A stretch of 63,732 bases of DNA, the filler included, from Folioceros fuciformis (lineage: Eukaryota), in NCBI GenBank assembly GCA_049999805.1. It is 9 parts of 9 records of this genome, joined end to end, with 100 filler letters (N's around TTAATTAATTAA, not from the genome) between each part and the next. Parts side by side here need not be neighbours in the genome. Positions count along the whole stretch, not along the records: positions 19,255 to 32,515 come from JBNGIO010004403.1; positions 32,616 to 44,350 come from JBNGIO010004404.1; 7 more parts are not named here. One strand, written 5' to 3'. Position 1 is the stretch's first letter, and the number at the start of each line of letters is the position of its first letter. This document shows positions 24,451-37,216 of this stretch, one piece after another. Under the pieces are notes generated by a model. It did no database searches, was not told where the DNA came from, and saw nothing but the letters and a program-made list of their open reading frames with translations. A program made the translations under genes and the position numbers.

Positions 24451-25502
24451 ATCATCCCATTTCGAGGAGTTCCTGTTTAGGTATTTTCATCTTTTTTGAA
24501 AATAAAAATATTTAAAAAATCCTTTAAATCAAAAATTCGAAAGAGCTTAAAAGCTTCCAAAAAATCCAAAATGCTCCCTCATACTACATAGCAGCCAACC
24601 TAATTCTAGTTTGCCGGGTTAGAACAATCATCAATCCTTGATTGTTATTGAGTTGCTTTCATCCAATGACTAGCAATATGTTTTTCCAACTGAGAATGCA
24701 ATTTCAAAGCATCAAGAGTGTTATATGGCATCTCTTCCAAAAACATCTTCGCTATCCTCATAACATTATCTATAACATCCTTTGTCGGATACAGTCTTGG
24801 CGCTATGGTCTCCATTGACGCTGTATCATTCTCCTCACCCTCCTCATTGATAGGCGGAGGGATTAATGCTTGCCATATTTCGTCCTCTGTAGGAATATAC
24901 CTAGTCTCAAATCCTTCATCTTCCTCAAAGCTCAAATACTCTTCAGTTATCATTGTTGGATATCCAACATCAGCAATTCTTGTCATATCCTCAAATGTTA
25001 ATAATGCTAAGCTTCGCATGGATTGTTGTAGCTCTTCTACCTGCATTTCCAACGAATTAGAGTGATTTAGAGTGATCCTCTGGATCATATGGTGCATTGT
25101 TTAGATCCAAAGACTCACGGAACCGAGCATCTTGTGCACGCAATTTTGCATCCAAAGTGCTATGCCTCCAACAATTGCATATGGTATGAGGACTCACAAA
25201 TGAAGTCCATGCATAACTACTGCTTGATATACATCGATAGTTGTAGCCGCATTGTTTATGATCTGGTTGCATTGGTACGAAATCATCAACTTGCAATAAT
25301 GAGCCTCAATTTTTTTTTTAAATATATATTTTCCCTTTTAGAGAGGTGTACTTGCATTGAATGTTTGGGAGACATGTTCCCATTTACAAATTAGAGGGGT
25401 TTCTCATTTAGCATGTAGCACATTCAAGGGAGTACGCCCGAGCGTCCCATTTAAAGAGGGTTCCCATTTATAGGGGGTCCCAATTAGAGGGGTTTGATTG
25501 TA
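24146..25502 (-). mobile_element. Internally deleted pogo/Tigger-like (Tc1/mariner superfamily) DNA transposon
   Basis: TIR CAATCA(A/G)ACCCCTCTAATTGGG with TA at 25501-25502; subterminal CCCA(A/T)TTA..GGG repeats; remnant AWTSFVSPHTICNCWRH resembles the AW..V...TI.NCW motif after the DDE_1 domain; acidic C-terminal ORF 24645-25097. Confidence 0.75.
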
Positions 25503-25680
25503 TGTAGACCCTTTTTCCTCCTTAGACCACGATGTTTTAGGAATCAACTTCAATCAACTACAAACTATGTAGACCCTTTCTCCTCCTTAGACCATGATGT
25601 TTTAGGAATCAACTACAAACTATNNNNNNNNNNACAAACTATGTAGACCCTTTCTCCTCCTTAGACCATGATGTTTTAGG
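25501..25680. repeat. Short direct repeats (TATGTAGACCCTTT...GATGTTTTAGG, 3 copies) around a 10-N gap
   Basis: Visible repeats; the last copy may be gap overlap. Confidence 0.6.
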
Positions 25681-26289
25681 TGTATTCCTAATCATTAGGC
25701 TTCAAGGCGTTAGCCCTCAGTGCCCCTATTATGGTTTATCTCCCTCTTTAAGAGTAGATGGGTTTTCATCTTTTTTCTAAAATAAGTAAAAGGCACATCC
25801 AAGCTCTTCAATCTAATATGACAAGAATAATTACTAGGTTTCAAAAATTGGCCATCATGGTAGAAGAAAATCAATGAGAACCTAATTGACCAAATGTAAA
25901 TCAAATAGAACCTACACTAAATTGAGGTACCGTTAGCACACTCTCCCATCGAAAGTAACATCGATAAGAATCACATGAAACAACAAGGCTAGATATCAAG
26001 AGAAAACCAATTTGAATCCAACCTATAAAGTGTGTACTAAATAAAGCCTAGAAATAGATGTATCTTTAAACTCTCATATCCCACATGCATTTCGACTATG
26101 ATAAGGTGCAACTTAGTGTTGTAATCGAATGTGTATTGTGCTTCGAGATTCATATCGTAAAAACTTACATATTTAGTCTATATATGTGTAGGCAAACTCT
26201 AGTAAATGTACTTGTCATATGTACTTACTCTATGTATTTTTTATTTTGACAAACTTCCTTGATGTGAAATAGGACACCAGGATTTTGTC

Positions 26290-26898
26290 ATGGTGAAGAT
26301 GATAGGCAAGAGTGATAAGGGCAGCCTCCTCAAGGCTGATCAAAGTGCTTTCCTATAGGAAGGCATCCGACTCTACGTTCGTTCCCAATTGTTAGATACA
26401 CAATCAATAGAGTCATTAGCATCAGGGACTTGCATGGAGCAGAGTGCAGAAGAAACAGATGTCAATAGTAAAGCTATACTCAGCAGGAAGGAGCTAGAAT
26501 CCCAACAAGAGGACTATAGCCCCCAAGATGACCAGACTTCCAACAATATGGAGTTGTTCAAGAAGAAGACCCGGATGGAGATCTCTGATTCACCGGTGCC
26601 CACCACAAGCCATGTAGGACTAGGATCCAAGGACAAATGGCTAGAGGCCTTGGTGCGCCATTTTCTTCTTTGCTACCAATGGCTACAAGTCAATGACCAT
26701 AGCAAGCCTTTCAACAAAGCTGATTGGGAACAAATCGCCATCATGTTGACTGCACATCCATTGTGCCAAGAGTGGGAGGATGTATGTTCCAAGTATCAAG
26801 AACTAGAGCAGCGGTTGGTGTGGGAGCAGATCAAGCCTGTGTCCCATTGGCCCTTCTTAGTAGACATGTTGGCCTTGGACCTTAATCGATCGCCGTGA
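26290..26898 (+). pseudogene. Myb/SANT-like (trihelix-type) domain ORF with one in-frame stop; alternatively intact from ATG 26434
   Basis: KADWEQIAIMLT...EDVCSKYQELEQR...SHWPFLVDM fits the W..IA..L / C..K...L / WPF...M pattern; TAG at 26356-26358. Confidence 0.5.
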
Positions 26899-29726
26899 AG
26901 GGTGGTGACATTATGGTAAGACCAATGTACCTCTTCTCTTTGCTTCCAAATGGCTGCTCTTCTATTTGAGTCTTCTTAGTTTGCATTGGATTGCTGGTTT
27001 TGTTTTGCATTTTCCCCATCTAGGGCCACCTAGAAATTATGGTGTTTCTTACAGTGTGTCTGACACACAACCCTAAACCCAAATTGCAGGAAGAGAAAAT
27101 CTGAACGTTCGCTTTTGTGGCTGCCCACAAAAGCGAACGTTCAGACTTTCTCTTCCTGCAAGCCATCCATTGTGCTCAAGATTTCCAAAAGGCTGCCGGG
27201 CAGATTGCAATGCACCATATTTCGCATGGTTAAATGAAAACCAGGCAGGTGTCCACCAGGGCAATTCATGTCGCCACATTCGTTTGGGCTAAGCTGTGAA
27301 GAACGTGGCGTACATATTCCACTTCAGCACAGTTTACCTACAGTCATGTCCTACATAGCCAGGCGACTGCTGGACAATCTTTCCAGGAGTCACCTGTCCA
27401 CAACCTGAGAGTACAGCTGCCTCCCATTCTGCATGCGTCTGCTGCTTTTACAGGCCCTGAGACGAGAGGCATACAGTAACATGCATACGGCAAGCAAGCC
27501 ACACTAATTAATTTAGGCTCTCCTGCTCAATTTGTTCATGAGAAACAAGTGTCCCGTTTCCTAGCTCTTGTTCGTCATATCCAGTATTCAGCGATGTCCC
27601 TTGCACCGCATCCTATCCTCCGTTTAGATAAGTTTTCAAAATTTGTTGTGCACCTTCCATTTCACCACCATAGATATTCACGACGCCCCTAGTGCCCACA
27701 GCACGACATCCACCAATTTTGTTCTGGCATGCGCAGCTCGCTGCCTTTTTTGCTTTTCTCGAACACACAAAACGTAGCTCACACATCTCAAGCTGTCCGT
27801 GTGACCCAGTTCAGAGGCTGACTTGCAGGCCGCCACATACCAAACGTTTCAGAGACTAAATGGGACTGTTGGACGAAATGTGTAGGGAACACAACCTCCG
27901 ACCTGGTACCGGACGTGTTCCGCCAACATCTAAAGCACACGATGTAATGGGACAGGCTTCAAAGTAATTTGCGTCAGGGTAATCCATGAAGTCCTGCAAC
28001 TATTATCTTCGTCCGAGTTGACGAAGGAGGTCAGATTCCACGCGTTGAGTATACGTGCATACATTTCTAACGTGCTCGTCTCCTAAACGAGCACTTGGAA
28101 CTCCAGGATTTCTTCCTTGTTGCAGCTTCCCGTCCCATCACCATTTCTTGTGTGGATCAAGCCGTTATCGTACATTTTCGGCTTTTGCGCAAACTATGGA
28201 TGGTATGAAATATGGACTCTGTCCACATTCTTTATTCTAGTGGCGCACTGGAAGAAGTCATACCCACAATTTCGGAGATGGGTGATTTTTTTTTTCCACC
28301 TCTGTTGTCAACGATAGCATAGCTCTTGTACCAAAGAGATTGATGCCGACCCATTCTTTGGCTACTGCTTGGCTTCGATTTTCTATCTTGTTTGTTTCGG
28401 AGGCAACTACATGATCCGATCCACAGTTACCATTTCTGCTGCCCTAAATGAAAAACACTGCTCACCCTACTTCTGCTTCCCCAAACGTAAAACACTGCTC
28501 ACCACGTAACGAGTGACGCTGGGGTCAAACTCTGGCTCCAGCGTTATGATCCTGGATGCCGAAGTAGGTCTTATAACCTTCTCCATAAGCGCAGGAAAAC
28601 CCTCGACCCGTGAGGAATGTTGTCAAGGTATCATTTCACAGCACCCATCAGAAGTTCGTAGTTCAAGCTTGGCCCAGCTCCTCTGCATTTCCAGACCGCG
28701 CTGTTGGATGTGTCTCAAAGGCTGCACCATTCTGTTGAAAATTGTTTGCCTTTCTCTATCTCCATAACGAAATCAGCTTCACACCTTGATTGGGATTCGA
28801 AGCTGTTTTTTGGAGCCAGATACTCAGCAGCTGAGGGAAGGGATGAACAGTCACTAATGTTGTGCCCGCATACAGCTTCAACTTGCTGCTTTTCCTGCTG
28901 CACTTGGACCCCATCTTTTCCACAAGGTGGGCTTGCAAAGGCCTGAACGACAAACTCATAAAATCTTGGGAAGAGACTTGAGCTCGGTATCCTCTTCGTG
29001 TGAGTCGATGAAAGAAGTGAGATTCCGCACGTTAGTATTCCCAAATCTCTAACATTCTGGTCTCTCGTGCTGTTCATCAAAGCACACGTCGACATCCATA
29101 AGCACACTTCCATTTCCAGAATTTGCCATGCCTTTGCCATTCCTTGTAGGATCAATAGGCCATTAGCGCACAAGCTATCACTATTCTGCTTGTGCTCCAG
29201 CTCCATGAGTTTTTGCACAAACTCTGAATTGTGAGCTCGTGGATCACCACCTTCCCCTCCTGTCCCACACAAAAAGCCCCATTCACAGCATGAGGAGTGA
29301 CACCTAGTTTGAACTGTAGCTCCAACAATAGGATCTCGGAGGTGGCAGTATGGTCAACATCTTCTGGCCAAGAATTGATAGAGACCATGTCATCTCTCAA
29401 AGGATTTTTCCTGAAGAAGAATCTCCTTCGGAATCCCCTTACCATTGGTGATGCTGTTAACCTGGAATGCTACCTCCTCCTCCTTAACCTGTTTGGTATT
29501 GTTGAAAACGTTTTGCTGTTGACGACCAAACACCTGTAGAAAATATCGTCAGAAAATGTGGTCAGAAGGTTCAACTTAAAGCTACTTCAATAACCGAATG
29601 ACCAAATATCCAATACAAAGTTATAACACAAGTAATCAATGGTAACAAACTATGTACAGGTTATTGCAACGCAACAAACTACAAAATAATTGCGCAAGCT
29701 ATAACGAGCAGTAACTAGAATATTAT

Positions 29727-29966
29727 GACATGGTGGAGCAGAATAGGTTAAGGGTGTAGCCGCATGGTAGAGTGGAGTGGGTTTAGGGTGCAGCGACATG
29801 GTGGAGAAAAATGAATTAGGATTTTATCAACATTATGGAGCAAAAATGGGTTTAGGGTTTAGTGACATGGCATAGCTGAATAGGTCTAGGGTTTAGTGAC
29901 ACGATGGAGAAAATTGGGTTTAGGGTTTCATAAACATTGTGGAGCAAAATGGGTCTAGGGTTGAGC
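29727..29966. repeat. Degenerate 34-bp tandem repeat (about 7 copies) containing telomere-like TTTAGGG
   Basis: Consensus approximately GACATGGTGGAGCAAAATGGGTTTAGGGTTTAGT. Confidence 0.75.
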
Positions 29967-30100
29967 GGTGTAGAGCGGAGCATATGGAGGGCATTATAGG
30001 GATATGGGTTACAATGAGGAGTACAATTGTTTGGTTTTGATTATTTTACAAGACTTTCTACATGCCTCTATCACATGGCGCGTGACACCTAGCCTTTACC

Positions 30101-32515
30101 TGTCAAGGACACCCCTTGCCTAGTGTGTTCTCAACTTTGTTCCGGGGTCAAGGAGGTGAAGTGCCATATTGGTCACAAGCATAAGGACTTTGATAGGACC
30201 ACTTGGGTGGCACAAGTGCGACTTGCTTCTTTCTCCGAACTAGGTGCCAATCCTCTTCTAACAGATCCTTTGGAGCCGTCCTCGGAGGCTTGGTTGTGGC
30301 TTCGAGGGCAATCTAATCACTTGCTGGTTTTTTTCCATGCTCGTTCTCCATGTCCTCGCCTCTTGTGGGGTTAAAATATGGTACCCAGAGGTACCGCAAG
30401 GTCCACACAGGCCCTCTATGTCGTTGTAGCTCTGGGATTCGATTCCAAGGGAATGATTTGTGTTAAACTACACAGATTAGCTTCTAAAGTCAATTAACAC
30501 CTAAAGCTCGATTGACTCACACACACACGTCCAGTGCTCGGACCTTACCAAGCCCCCTTACTTCTCCCACCAGACGACTCTTCGACCACCCGGTCGCCCC
30601 AAGGACTACCTTTCCCTAGACTACCCTTGGTTGCCCTTCACCCCCCGGGCTACTCTCCGTTCCCCAATGGACTACTACCATCACTTTTCGGGCTACCCCC
30701 GTCGCCTTTCGGGCGACGGTCGCCTGACAGTCTACCGCTCGTGAGTCCCACTCTCTCTCTCTCTCACTCTCTCTCTCAGTTCCCCTTTCTCTAGGATTTT
30801 CTCTCCCACCGGGTCGTTCCTACCCGACTGATTACCTCCTATCCGCGCATCCCCTTTGGCGCTTCCCTTCCTTGGTTCACCACAGACTGCCTCACTCACC
30901 TCAGAAACAAGCGCACGCACACGTGAACAGCGGCAATCTGTTAGACGCCTTCCACCCGCGGAACCTCACACCTTAGATACACCCCCCTGCAGTCTTCATT
31001 CAGCCTCTTCATTGCCTCTCCAGTCTCGTCGCGACCAGTCACTCATACACACCACATCTCGTTGCACCCCACACACATTACCCACCTCGCCTCCGGGGTC
31101 TCCCCGGCTTTGTTCTCTCTTACCCCACTCACTAGTTCTCTGTATACATTCTGCCCATCTCAGCAGTCGTCGAATCACTTCCACTCCGCTTCACTCCTTC
31201 CGGCTTCCTTTTCGCATTCGCTCTTACCCACTACTCGGCCACTCACTCCTCCTCCTTCTCACACATGCGCACTCTCGCGCTCTCCTTTCTCCGATTCTTC
31301 AATCTTCTTTCTCAGCGATGCCCCCTCCTGGGCTCCTATTAACGTTGAGGAATGGTGAGGTACCGGAGCTAAGGGAAGAGGAGTCCCTTCCACTCCGCAT
31401 TCGCGGATTCGGCTCCAACACCCGCACCACCACACGTGACCACCTCGAGGATAGCTAGGGAGCCTCTCTCCCACTCGGCGAGGCTCCTCCTCCCCATTCG
31501 TCCCCGGACTTGATCACGGAGCGCCCACCACCTACACCCGCACCCCAGGTCGCTACGTGTGCTCGCTTGCCTAGACCTCCTGTCCAGCAACGACCATCGC
31601 TAGGTCCCTGCAAGGTCGACTGTTCGGCTGGTTCTTACTACTTTCTTAGGCCTCCAAACCGACCTCTTGTACACGGTGATGGCGGTTTTTTCCGCCATAA
31701 AGTCTATCAGGCAAGGGAGCCGCGCTCTTAAATTCTGAGCGACTTAGGTCCAAATAAAGCACGCTAAAAAAAAACCTATTCTAGCCTGCATTTACTATCG
31801 TTGTTTCCCACACCGCAGGCGGCTTCCCCCTGGCCTTCGCGTGTCACCCTTGCTGTCCCTCCTCTCGCTCTTATGCCCCTCCGTTGGTCCGGTAGATCCT
31901 CCCAGAGGATCTCCACATCACTGCTGCTGCTGCTGGACCTGGTTGCTAGCGCAGGTGGGTCCCGCCGCTATGGTCCACCACCCCTCCTCCTTCTCTGGTT
32001 GTTGAGGACAGCCACAGGCCCCCGTTCTACCCAGCGCTAGGCCTCCTCTTCCGTCAGTTCCTCCAGAACTGCCTCCGCATGGCAGTGGGGTAGTCCTGTC
32101 ACCCACCATCTGTAGTGGTAGAGTCCCAGGCGCGTCCTCAACTATAGGATGTAGCCCCACGTCCCTCCTTTGCGCATACGTACATATAAAAACAGCTTCA
32201 GAACTCTGGCCCCTTCTACATACAGGCCTAGCACATGGGAGGCCTCCTCCTCATACTGCAGCACAATCCGACCTTCTGTCATAACAGAGGTGCTTACCCC
32301 GTCCTCCCTTGGGCTACCTCGGGTTGCCTGCTCCCCCTCCTGCTGGGGTACTTGAAGGTTCTCTGCCTGCCCAGTTGTTGCCTCCTCCGGCTCTATCCTC
32401 CTGGTATGGGTCACCCTCCTGGAGCGCCTAGGGGCAGGCGCCCCTACTGCTTCCTCCTTCGTTTCCAAGGTTGGTTCTTCAGCTATCTTGGGCCTTGCTG
32501 GGCCACCGGTAGCCC
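30101..32515 (-). mobile_element. Putative 3' end of an LTR retrotransposon: LTR about 30101-30550, PPT 30553-30568, long 3' region with decayed ORFs
   Basis: Minus strand GGGAGAAGTAAGGGGG followed by TGGTAAGG...CCTTGACA (6/8 inverted termini). No pol present on this scaffold. Confidence 0.4.
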
Positions 32516-32615
32516 NNNNNNNNNNNNNNNNNNNNNNNNNNNNNNNNNNNNNNNNNNNNTTAATTAATTAANNNNNNNNNNNNNNNNNNNNNNNNNNNNN
32601 NNNNNNNNNNNNNNN

Positions 32616-32910
32616 CCTCAGGAGTACGCACGTCCAGGTAGCGGTGGCCCGCCTGGACGAGCTCGTGGGCGACCTGCACTGGAACGCTCCGCACAGCGGC
32701 GGGCTCCGCCTCTCTTCCCTGCGCGCTCATACGAGACTCGGCCCTGCAGCGCAATCTGCGGCCAGCAGACACCACGGACCCAGAAACCGAACCCACAGCC
32801 AGCGGCGGCAGCAGCGCCGCGGAAGGCGGCCCCGGCAAGCAGGTCCAGATTCCGGGAGGAACGCGAGCTCGGAATATAGCGGTGCCCACAGACGATATGG
32901 CAGCGGCCAT
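32616..32910 (-). CDS. Single-domain rhodanese/thiosulfate sulfurtransferase (STR16/SEN1-like) with transit-peptide-like leader, 3' truncated
   Basis: RSVPVQVAHELVQAGHRYLDVRTPE after an Ala/Ser/Arg-rich leader. Confidence 0.88.
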
Positions 32911-33281
32911 AGATACCAGTCGATGCGGCCTTTCAAACTTGAAGCTCGGGCGCCGAGGACGAAGCAAAGCCATCAAAGCGGATTGAAAGCTTCTAGACGC
33001 GGGAGAAGGTAGGGCAGGCGAGCTGGGGGGCCGGGAATCTTCNNNNNNNNNNNNNNNNNNNNNNNNNNNNNNNNNNNNNNNNNNNNNNNNNNNNNNNNNN
33101 NNNNNNNNNNNNNNNNNNNNNNNNNNNNNNNNNNNNNNNNNNGGGGAGCAGGAGGATGTGGTGATCGGGCAATGAGGCGGGCGGGGAGCGTGGACACGGG
33201 CTGGATGGAGCCTCGAGGTGGTGAAGAAAGCAGGATTTGGTGAGGGAAGGTAAGGGGATTGCAGCTGAGGAGGCGGGCGCC

Positions 33282-36200
33282 ATGGGGGCCGACGATCTGG
33301 AGGCTCTCACGGCCCGCGCGCACCTGATGCGCGAGAGCCTGAGCAAGAGCAATGTCATCACGGAGCAGATGATCACGATTCTGGGTTCTTTCGATCACCG
33401 GCTCTCGACGCTGGAGGCTGCGATGCGACCCACTCAGGCAAGCCCGCTAGTTTGGTTGTTCGGTGGGGATTTTGGGTTGGGAGATCTGGGAATGTCGGGT
33501 TCCCGGGGTGCTATTGTTGAATTATTGAGAGGAATTGGGTTGTCGTTGTGTTGCTGGGCGAGCTCGAGGATTGTTTGACTTGGTTGTGTGCCTCTTTGTG
33601 GCTGTGAAGGTTCGCACTCATGCTTTTCGGAAGGCCCATGAGAACATTGATAACACGTTGAAGGCAACCGAGTCGGTATTGACACAGTTTGATATTTCTC
33701 GGCAGGTTAGGTCCGGGAATCCTTGCTTCAGGTTGGTTGTGATCTCGCTGAAGTACGCTGTTGTTGAGAGTGGTGGTGTTCGTTTCTTCTGTGCTGCAGG
33801 TGGAGAACAAGATAATGGAAGGACCCAGGGAAGATTTGAGTGGCTTCCTTCTAGCTGTCGATCAGCTTCAGAAGAATGTGGAGTTCTTCACGTTCAATCG
33901 CAGCTTCAAGAGTAGTGATGGTGCCCTCACTCATGCACGTGGCCTGCTTGTTAAAGCTATGACCAGGATCGAGGAGGAGTTCAGACATATATTGACTGTG
34001 CACAGGTCGCCGTTTGACCCGTAGCTCATGAGTTTCAGCTCCAGCAGATCTGCAGTTACGTAACGCAGGTGTTGCCGGATGTTAGCACAGGGAATTAATG
34101 TTTGTTCCAGTTGTGCAGCAAATCGGCCGATCCTGCCCAGCTGACTTTGGCCTTGCCAAGCTCTGCTAAGTCACCACACTCTCCTTCGTCGAGTGGTGTC
34201 GGTTCTGCCTCTGGAGCCGATGGCAGGAAGGTCCCACCTGTGGATACAGGGAAACTTTCTAAGGGTAGCGAGGGAATCTCTCTGCCTTTAGGCATTCCTC
34301 CCAGGTTCATCCCTCAGTTGCATGATATGGCCCAACGGATGATCTCAGCTGGGCATCATCAGCAGTGTGTTAAGGCATACAGGTCTGCTTATTGCAATGT
34401 CAGGTCCTTGTGGTGTGTGGTGGGCATCTGTTTGGCCAGTGTTTGCTCGCTGTGTACTCAGATTAGTCGTCCTGGTTGTCTTGTTTCTTCACAGAGATGT
34501 GAGAGCAGCAACTTTGGAGCAGAGTCTTAGGAAACTTGGAGTGGAGAAATTGAGCAGGGAGGATGTCCAAAAAATGCAGTGGGAGGCATTAGAAGGGAAG
34601 ATTGGGAACTGGATACAGTACATGCGTATTGCGGTGAGTTAAGAGCTATGTCCGTACTAAAGAAACCTATAAGTTTGCTGAGCAAGAGTGTACTGCATGC
34701 ATCTTTGATGAGTATGAGCTGATTGAAGTGGCCTGGGGTATTCCACAGCATGCCAGTGCTGAATCACCGTGATTGTGTCCTTTTGGTGAGAGCAGGTGAA
34801 ACAGTTATTTGCTGCAGAGCGCAAGCTGTGTGACAAAATATTCTATCATTTGGATCCCCACAGGGAAAAATGTTTTGCAGAGGTAACGGAATCTAGTTGT
34901 ACGATGCTCCTCAGCTTTGGAGACGCCATAGCTAAGAGCAAAAAGTCACCGGAGAAGCTTTTTGTGCTGCTGGACATGTACGAGACAATGCGTGATCTGA
35001 CACCGGAGGTGCGACGACTTCTTTTTGGGGTCTGTGCGGTGTTGCTTCCAATGACTTGAATCAAACTTTGTTCTCTGAAATGGCGAGTGTTTCTGCAGAT
35101 TGAAACTGTATTTGCAGGCGAGGCATCTGCAGGCATACGTGAGGCTGGCGTTGGGCTTTTACAGCGGCTCGCTCGCTGTGCGCAGGAGACCTTTGGCGAC
35201 TTTGAGGATGCTGTCGAGAAAGACGCTACCAAGAGCTTGGTACATGATGGGAATGTCCATCCCCTTACCAGCTATGTCATCAACTATGTCAAGTTCATCC
35301 TTGAGTAAGCCCTTTTCCCTCAGCCTGAAGCAAAAAGTATCATCCTTGTCAGCCTTCCAAAAGCTTCATGCCTTCTACTGGCGGATACTTCGATCTAGCT
35401 TCCGTCCTCTTTCTTCCCTCCTCGTCTGGAGTCTGAAGTGTCTTCATGAAGTCGTATCAGCGCCAGAAGGTTGAGTCTTAACGTTTTCTTGTGGTACTGG
35501 TTCTTGCAAGCAGCTATCAAAACACGCTGAAGCAACTGTTTGGGGAGCATGAGAAAGATGGGAAGTCAGAGTCTCACCTAGCTGCTGCAACAATGCGTAT
35601 CATGCAAGTTCTTCAGAATAACCTTGAAGGAAAAGCGAAGATGTACAAGGATCCTGCTCTGTCGCAGCTGTTCCTGATGAACAATGTACACTATATGGTC
35701 AAGTCTGTCCGAAGGTAGGAAGTGTATCTTACTGGTATACGGGTTTTTCCCATTGACCAGCGGTTTTATTAACAGGTGAAGTCGAAGCATGGATCAGGTC
35801 AGAGGCAAAGGATCTGCTTGGTGATGATTGGGTTCAAAGACAACGGCGGATTGTACAGCAGCATGCTAATGCCTATCAACGTGCTGCATGGGGAAAGGTG
35901 CTCACCTATGTGGTACTACCTAGAGATTGAGGATTGTGGAAGGATTAGTGCTAAAGACAGGACTTGGCTGCTCTCATGGCTTTCAGGTTCTTCAGTACTT
36001 AAGCGGTCAAGGATTATCCTCATCAGGGAGTGGCGTGGGTTCTGGTGCTGGCGCTGAATCTGGCAGTAGTGGGATATCTCGGGTTCTTCTCAAGGAAAGG
36101 TATGCTACTCAGTTGAAAGAAGTGTAGAGGGAAACCACGCCATCTATCTTCGGAAAATGATTGCATTTTCTTGCGCTGTGCAGGTTCAAAAACTTTAACA

Positions 36201-36574
36201 TTCAATTTGAAGAATTGCACCAGAAGCAGACGCAGTGGACTATATCTGATGCAGATTTGCGGGATAATTTGCGGCTAGCTGTTGCAGAAGTCTTGTTACC
36301 TGCTTATAGGTCCTTCCTGAAGCGATTCAGGTATGCTTTGAAGAGCAAAGCTCGAGCTTGTGATGTGAGAACCTGGAGATGACAGATGTTGTGAGGTTCT
36401 CTCTTGACTGGATTTCTGATCCGATTTGTCTATCCTCGTATGTCGCTTTGTTTCAGTGCTAGCTTGGAGAACGGCAAGAATCCACACAAGTACATCAAAT
36501 ACACCCCGGAAGATTTAGAGCGAATGCTGCAGGAATTTTTCGAAGGCAAGACGAAGGCTGATCCAAGACGTTAG
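33282..36574 (+). CDS. EXO70: Exocyst subunit Exo70, multi-exon A-type
   Basis: ILGSFDHRLSTLEAAMRPTQ, SPEKLFVLLDMYE, DGNVHPLTSYVINYVK, LFLMNNVHYMV, KYIKYTPEDLERML; many short introns. Confidence 0.96.
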
Positions 36575-37216
36575 TCGTAGCCTTGTATCGCGTTGCAGTG
36601 CATAAGAAACCAGCACGTAGATTTCAACGAATGCTTGATTGCTCAGTAACATTTGTATTATAATTGCATTACTACAAAAGCAAATCAATCTATGTTACGC
36701 TTGGTGATGATGACAGTCGCCGCCTGCGCCATAGAAACTCATGCGTTGCCTTCCATGTCCACCAAGCAGTTTTCCATTGGCGAACAACTCTGTGACGTAG
36801 TGACAAGGGAAGCGCTGGCACACCTCTTGCTGCAGCATCTGCAGAGATACGTAGACTTTGCTCCGCTTCATCAGATATAACCACTGGATGTGTACAGTAC
36901 ATGATATCTATCAAACATCTGACAGTGAGGCTGAGAATCACACCGGGCAAACCTTTCCCTGCATGGTCCGTGCCTCACACCCAGCACTTTGAAAGAGCAA
37001 GAACAAAACGAGTAAAAGCAGCCCACGACAGACAATCGAAAGATGGGGCCAATAAATACTAGGTTTATAGTACGTATCTTGGAAAGCTATCCTGATTTTT
37101 TGTTGTTTACGGGTGGCTGATAGGGGTGGCTGAGCACACATCAAGTAAGGACCCAAGGATGGAGGAACCGAAGGGCGGAACTGGAAAAGGAAAGAAGTAG
37201 CATCCAGACCCAATCA

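Noticed and set aside
27073-29540. Minus-strand coding-like stretch with splice-like sites and a C-x4-C...C-x2-H pattern
   Set aside because: Frames are broken repeatedly and no family is recognisable; possibly a decayed gene, but not supportable.
30378-30390. TGGTACCCAGAG as a plus-strand PBS
   Set aside because: Imperfect match to tRNA-iMet, not preceded by CA, and no gag follows.
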